DNA of 48,885 nt from a virus (lineage: Duplodnaviria; Caudoviricetes). Made by a program: the position numbers and the translations under genes. The DNA lies in IMG/VR virus record IMGVR_UViG_3300002307_000075, positions 1 to 48,885 of that record; one strand, given 5' to 3'. Below are positions 44,299 to 48,885 of the stretch, in pieces. Numbering within the stretch: the first letter of the stretch is position 1; each line of letters begins with the position of its first letter. The notes beneath the pieces were generated by a model. The model saw only the letters and a program-made list of their open reading frames with translations. It did not search any database and had not been told where the DNA came from.

Positions 44299-44925
44299 TT
44301 AATTTATCTTTTCTTCTTTAGCCTCTTTTCGTCTTTTAGCACTCCTTTTACCGTATAGCTTACCACTGAATGAAGCCATCAATGAGACCATATCGGTAAC
44401 CAAATCTTCTTGTTCACTTATATCGTTCTTTTCAACGTGAATTATCTCAACACCATAACTATTAAAAAATTTTTCAATTAAATTGTATTGAAACCTTGTT
44501 AACCTATCTTTATGTTCAATAATGGTTTTGTTTATTTTTTTACCAATAACTAAATTGATTAGTTTATTTAAACCAACTCTTGTATCATTTAAGCCACTTC
44601 CAACGTCTTTTATTATATACTCAACAAACATCTTCTTTTTAGCGCAATATTCACTTAAACGAACTGATTGTCTATTCAAATCACCTTTTTGTTTTTGTTC
44701 GTGTGAACTAACACGGCTATATGTTGCCACAACATTCTTATTACCATTTTCTTGTTTAGGTACATAAATTTTCATAAACTTATCAATATCATCTTGGAGA
44801 TAACGTCTATGACCACCATTTGTTTTAATAGCGACTAACACACCTGTGTCATCCCACCTTCTAAGTGTTTTAGTAGAAACTGATAACGTTTCAGAAGCTT
44901 CTCGTATTGTTATTAATCTACTCAT
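44299..44925 (-). CDS. tnpA: IS607 serine recombinase TnpA
   Basis: MerR-like HTH, YSRVSS, DVGSG, DRLTRF. Confidence 0.95.
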   Translation of the reverse strand: MSRLITIREASETLSVSTKTLRRWDDTGVLVAIKTNGGHRRYLQDDIDKFMKIYVPKQENGNKNVVATYSRVSSHEQKQKGDLNRQSVRLSEYCAKKKMFVEYIIKDVGSGLNDTRVGLNKLINLVIGKKINKTIIEHKDRLTRFQYNLIEKFFNSYGVEIIHVEKNDISEQEDLVTDMVSLMASFSGKLYGKRSAKRRKEAKEEKIN

Positions 44926-45139
44926 TATCTTTAATGATTTTATTTAAATGGTTAATCATTGTAGATTTTGAATCATCCAATAATACTTGAAATTCTTTAG
45001 TGCTAATATCTCCATCCAATTCAAATGTATGTGGATATATATCACCGTTATCCAATTCAAATTCTGTTTTAGTTACTCTAACAACAGTTAAATTTTTATT
45101 TCTTAATTCTTTCATGATTGTTTTAATATCTCGTTTCAT
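44918..45139 (-). CDS. Passenger hypothetical protein inside IS607
   Basis: MKRDIKTIMKELR...; overlaps the tnpA start; TATTTAT upstream on the minus strand. Confidence 0.65.
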   Translation of the reverse strand: MKRDIKTIMKELRNKNLTVVRVTKTEFELDNGDIYPHTFELDGDISTKEFQVLLDDSKSTMINHLNKIIKDNE

Positions 45140-45329
45140 ATAAATATGCTTAAAAATTAAAAAGTACAACAAACATAGAAACTATTTTCTAAAAATGTAT
45201 AATTTTGTCTAAAATTTTATTAACAGTTAAATCACCCTTTTGTTTCTTTTTTTGCCATTTTTTAATTTTTAAAATAAATAGTTGATTCCGACAAAAAAAA
45301 ATAGTATCTTTGTCATAAAGACTTAAAAT

Positions 45330-45575
45330 ATGAAAAACAAAATCTATATTGAAGTAGACACAGACAATGAATATCCAATTAAATTTAGTAAACCATCTGA
45401 ATCAGAACAACCTACAGATTTTGATGGTGCCAAAACTTTTATACTAAACGACATTACTTGTCTTTGTGAAGGTATATGTACTTTAATAAACTTGGCTGAC
45501 AATAATAAATATGCGAAAAAAGAAGACTTAGTCAAAGCACTTATTAGCAGATTAAACGACATGTTAAAAGAATAA
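45330..45575 (+). CDS. Hypothetical protein
   Basis: 81 aa ORF after a promoter. Confidence 0.65.
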   Translation: MKNKIYIEVDTDNEYPIKFSKPSESEQPTDFDGAKTFILNDITCLCEGICTLINLADNNKYAKKEDLVKALISRLNDMLKE

Positions 45576-45640
45576 TAGAAAGTTCTATGATATTTATTGA
45601 TAAAAATTTGGATTTTTAAAAATAAATTAGTACTTTTGTT

Positions 45641-45874
45641 ATGGAACAACCAAAACCAATAATAAAATTAAATGGTGGTAAACCAATTGCCTTATGTAAC
45701 AGATGTTATTGTATAATGTGTTATGTTTATTGTATTGACAAAAATTTGGATGAAAATGGTAATTGGGTTGTGATTGAAAGATGGTATAGTTCTGGTGTTG
45801 AAAATATTTCAACACCAATAGGTAAAGTTCCGCCATCATTTTGTGATAAGTGTTTTAAACTATTATTTAAATGA
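45641..45874 (+). CDS. Small Cys-rich protein
   Basis: CNRC...CDKC. Confidence 0.6.
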   Translation: MEQPKPIIKLNGGKPIALCNRCYCIMCYVYCIDKNLDENGNWVVIERWYSSGVENISTPIGKVPPSFCDKCFKLLFK

Positions 45875-46080
45875 ATGATAAAGAAAAAAACCCAGAGCAA
45901 ATTGTTGCTGAAGAAAAAGCAATAGCGATTATTGAGTCTTGCGAAGATTGTAATCATATCGTAAGTGCTGAATCTTTTTTAGATTTGTTTTTTAAAACTT
46001 TTAATGACGAAGAAAAGTATATTGAGTTTATTAATTTACTTAAAGATAAACAAAAGTTGTTAAATTGTTATGCCGATTAA
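45871..46080 (+). CDS. Hypothetical protein
   Basis: 69 aa ORF. Confidence 0.6.
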   Translation: MNDKEKNPEQIVAEEKAIAIIESCEDCNHIVSAESFLDLFFKTFNDEEKYIEFINLLKDKQKLLNCYAD

Positions 46081-46164
46081 ATTAAAATAATGAGTTTTTT
46101 AACGAAAAAAAAATTAATTATTAACTTGCAATTTAAAAATTAATTTTGTACCTTTGCATCATAA

Positions 46165-46467
46165 ATGGCTAAAGAACGTAAAAAAATAGAAAAAAAACCA
46201 GTTACTTCTATTGTACCCAAAAAAAGAGAAATACCAGAATTAGAATTAACTGTAAAAAATGAATTGGTTCTAAAAAAAGAAGACCAATCAGAAGAAAATA
46301 AGGAAATAAAACTTCCTTTTAAGATAGTTAAAATTTTTGAAGGTGCCAAACAAGAAGAATATAGAGCTATTGGTGAAAGAGTTCAACGTGGTGAAATAAA
46401 ATGGTTGTATTCTGCTATTGATGGAAACAAATTTTGTCATCATTATCAAGTAATAAAAAAAGTTTAA
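46165..46467 (+). CDS. Hypothetical protein
   Basis: 100 aa ORF. Confidence 0.65.
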   Translation: MAKERKKIEKKPVTSIVPKKREIPELELTVKNELVLKKEDQSEENKEIKLPFKIVKIFEGAKQEEYRAIGERVQRGEIKWLYSAIDGNKFCHHYQVIKKV

Positions 46468-46469
46468 GT

Positions 46470-46901
46470 ATGAATTTGAAAGAAAAGATAAACGCAGACT
46501 TTATGGAAGCATACAAATCCAAGAACTTGGAAAAGAAAAACTTCCTAGGTGTTTTAAAGGGAGCAATACAAACACAAGAAGGGAAGCAAATTGAATCAAG
46601 AGATGAAAATGTGTTGAAGGTAATCAAAGCTTTTGAAAAAGGTATAACCGAAACCATCGAAGGTAAAAATAAAATAGGGCAAGACCCAATAAAAGAGGAA
46701 ACTGAATTGTCATTCTTGCAACCTTATTTGCCAACGCTTATGAGCGAAGATGAAGTTCTTTCAATAGTGAAAGAAATAGTTTCTAGGGAAGGTATCAATA
46801 AAAACACTGGTTTCCTTATGGGTACATTCAACAAAGAACAAAAAGGTAAAGCTTTTGACAATAAGATGGTTTCAAAGATTATAAATGAAGAATTAGCATG
46901 A
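46470..46901 (+). CDS. GatB/YqeY domain protein
   Basis: LKEKINADFMEAYKSK...YLPTLMSEDE...GFLMG. Confidence 0.85.
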   Translation: MNLKEKINADFMEAYKSKNLEKKNFLGVLKGAIQTQEGKQIESRDENVLKVIKAFEKGITETIEGKNKIGQDPIKEETELSFLQPYLPTLMSEDEVLSIVKEIVSREGINKNTGFLMGTFNKEQKGKAFDNKMVSKIINEELA

Positions 46902-47266
46902 GTTTAATGGTAATATTTTCAATCATCTTCATTCACTGGGTTGCAGATTTTGTTTTGCAAACTCATTGGCAAGCGACCAATAAAAGCAAAGATAACAAAG
47001 CACTAACAATGCATGTGTTATCATATAGTACAGTATGGTTTTTGACAGCCAACGTTTATAGTATAATAACAGGTAACTATTTGGTACTAGCATTGTTTGC
47101 ACCTATAAAGTTTGTTTCTCATTGGATTACTGATTATTTTACAAGCAGATTGAATAGCAGATTATGGGCCAAAGGAGATGTTCACAATTTCTTTGTGAGC
47201 GTTGGGTTCGACCAAGTGCTGCATTACTTACAGTTGTTTATAACTTTTTACCTTTTAACAAAATAG
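46898..47266 (+). CDS. DUF3307 membrane protein
   Basis: HWVADFVLQ, HWITD, DQVLH. Confidence 0.85.
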   Translation: MSLMVIFSIIFIHWVADFVLQTHWQATNKSKDNKALTMHVLSYSTVWFLTANVYSIITGNYLVLALFAPIKFVSHWITDYFTSRLNSRLWAKGDVHNFFVSVGFDQVLHYLQLFITFYLLTK

Positions 47267-47276
47267 TATTTAATAC

Positions 47277-47873
47277 ATGACCCAAGAACAAATCCATGCA
47301 AGTTTAGACAAGATGCTTGCCAATCCTAAATCAAAAAATTTTTTAAATCATCTTGTTAGGTCATATTTACCTATCACAAATGTGGAAAAGGTATGGGAAA
47401 CACCAGAAAAAGATTTCAAATGTGTAATAACAAGAGACCAGTTATTTTCAGCTGCTGATATCCTAAAGGGTATCCAAACAGAAGAATTTAAAGTTGATTT
47501 TATGAACCATTTAAAATCAATCTTCTCTGAAGATAAAGTAGAATCACCAATGGCCAAATTGATTGGTGAAAAGAAAATGGGTGTGACTGGTAAGGACACC
47601 ACGACTTATATGTCTTATCCAGCTTTTCAAGAGTTTTATAATTGGGTAATTACCAAAACACTTAAAGGCGATAAACATATTAATTGGCTATTAGGTTCTA
47701 TCAGAAGAACATCACTTATAGAAAAAAAAGAAAAGGTTAAAGATACAACTGTTCAAAAGAAAATTGAAAAAATAAAAAACACATCTGCTCCGAAATCAAA
47801 TTATACCTTGGGTGATGCCAGCGATGTTCTTTCAAAATTAAAATTAAAACTGGAACAAAACGAGGGAAAATAA
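47277..47873 (+). CDS. Hypothetical protein
   Basis: 198 aa ORF. Confidence 0.7.
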   Translation: MTQEQIHASLDKMLANPKSKNFLNHLVRSYLPITNVEKVWETPEKDFKCVITRDQLFSAADILKGIQTEEFKVDFMNHLKSIFSEDKVESPMAKLIGEKKMGVTGKDTTTYMSYPAFQEFYNWVITKTLKGDKHINWLLGSIRRTSLIEKKEKVKDTTVQKKIEKIKNTSAPKSNYTLGDASDVLSKLKLKLEQNEGK

Positions 47874-47876
47874 TAC

Positions 47877-48494
47877 ATGAGATTAGATATAAACTTAACA
47901 CAATCAAATGATAAACGAAATGTATTTTTTACATCCGATTTTCATTTATTTCATCATAATGTATTGATATTTGATAATAGGCCTTTTGCTGATGTGAATG
48001 AAATGCATATAGCTATTGAAAAAAGGTGGAATGAAGTTGTAAATTCTAATGATATTGTTATATATCTTGGAGATTTGAGTTTTGCCAGACGTGAAGATAA
48101 AGCAAACGTTGATACTATATTAAGTAGACTTAATGGTACCATTCACTATGTAATGGGTAACCATGATAAGTTTGATGAAATAAAGAAAATGACGCGGTTC
48201 CAATCAATTCAAGATTATTTGGAAGTAAAAATAAAACATATTGATAATAACAATACAATAGAAACGTTGTTTTGTTGTATGCATTATCCGATTTATTCTT
48301 GGAACAAATCACATCATGGTAGTATTATGGTACATGGCCACTCACATATGAGTTTAAGCGAATTAGAATTTCATAAAACAAAAAAAATAATTGATGTTGG
48401 TGTTAATGGATGGGATTACAAACCTGTTAGTTATTTACAAGTGATTGAAAAGTTTAGTCACGTGGTTTTACCAACATTAACCAGAACCATATAA
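47877..48494 (+). CDS. Calcineurin-like metallophosphoesterase
   Basis: DFH, GD, GNHD, HGHSH motifs. Confidence 0.9.
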   Translation: MRLDINLTQSNDKRNVFFTSDFHLFHHNVLIFDNRPFADVNEMHIAIEKRWNEVVNSNDIVIYLGDLSFARREDKANVDTILSRLNGTIHYVMGNHDKFDEIKKMTRFQSIQDYLEVKIKHIDNNNTIETLFCCMHYPIYSWNKSHHGSIMVHGHSHMSLSELEFHKTKKIIDVGVNGWDYKPVSYLQVIEKFSHVVLPTLTRTI

Positions 48495-48504
48495 AAAACA
48501 AAAC

Positions 48505-48885
48505 ATGAAAAAATTAAAATCAAAATCAAAATCAAAATCTTCATTTATTGAAGAATTAAAACAAGATTTACATAGTTATAGTACCAATATTGATATGTTA
48601 ATAGAAAATGACGAAGAACCACCTATTATTTTTGATTCTTCTGAAGAAGAAAGCGATGAATCAATTGATGATTATAATGCACAAGCTTATACCTTTGAAA
48701 TTACTTTTATTGAATTTGCTATTATAAACATGTATTTACATAATTGTTATCTAGGTAAACATGATGAAATTTCAGTATCTTCATATGGTTATGTTGATAG
48801 TAGTGGAAAATTAACTTTTGGTGGCACATTTGAAAATTCTGGTCCTTATTGGTTTAATGTAAAATTTAAAGATAATGATAATGAT
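48505..48885 (+). CDS. Hypothetical protein (partial, runs off the window)
   Basis: ATG at 48505, open to the end. Confidence 0.6.
   Translation, partial: MKKLKSKSKSKSSFIEELKQDLHSYSTNIDMLIENDEEPPIIFDSSEEESDESIDDYNAQAYTFEITFIEFAIINMYLHNCYLGKHDEISVSSYGYVDSSGKLTFGGTFENSGPYWFNVKFKDNDND

Larger units (their letters stand above)
42980..45236 (-). mobile_element. IS607-family insertion sequence with a passenger ORF
   Basis: Serine-recombinase tnpA + tnpB; GG at both junctions; removal restores a reading frame. Confidence 0.9.
42867..45258 (-). pseudogene. Small basic protein gene interrupted by IS607 (parts 45235-45258 and 42867-42977)
   Basis: Joining at GG gives MAKKETKGSSSSKITFGKKGGKGLAKKHYGPKEQKPKPYRGQGR*. 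Confidence 0.75.

Noticed and set aside
1-48885. Genome-wide TAG reassignment
   Set aside because: Long conserved genes are intact in code 11 and several end in TAG at plausible termini; only one internal TAG in a recognisable gene was found

Overview
AT-rich segment of a large (jumbo/T4-like) bacteriophage genome. The host is most likely a Bacteroidota species, because nearly every early promoter reads TTG(A/C)(C/A)A-N17-TAnnTTTG. A second motif, TATTTAT, behaves like a phage late promoter. The window is a translation and tRNA-maintenance region. It holds the 3' end of clpP, a tmRNA, about 40 tRNA or tRNA-like genes in several arrays (including an amber suppressor and many structurally atypical tRNAs), a split CCA-adding enzyme, a kinase/2H-phosphoesterase RNA-healing enzyme, two RNA ligases, YqeY and free-standing homing endonucleases. 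It also holds an OprB-like porin, an ABC-transporter/OmpA operon, a C5 DNA methyltransferase and an intact IS607. The main observation is four homologous unannotated leaders, each built as promoter, GNRA hairpin, 25-33 aa leader ORF, antiterminator and intrinsic terminator. In three of them the enriched codons match the anticodons of the tRNA array directly downstream (N/I/S/W/R/H; L/C/V; F/D/E, with Ala unmatched). The fourth (T/Y/G/K/Q/P) precedes only a truncated tRNA-Pro. Together the four enriched sets cover 19 amino acids, and the initiator-Met array has no such leader. This looks like ribosome-mediated transcription attenuation that switches on phage tRNA operons when the matching host tRNAs run short. 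All calls were made by eye. No searches or folding programs were run, and tRNA ends may be off by a few nt.
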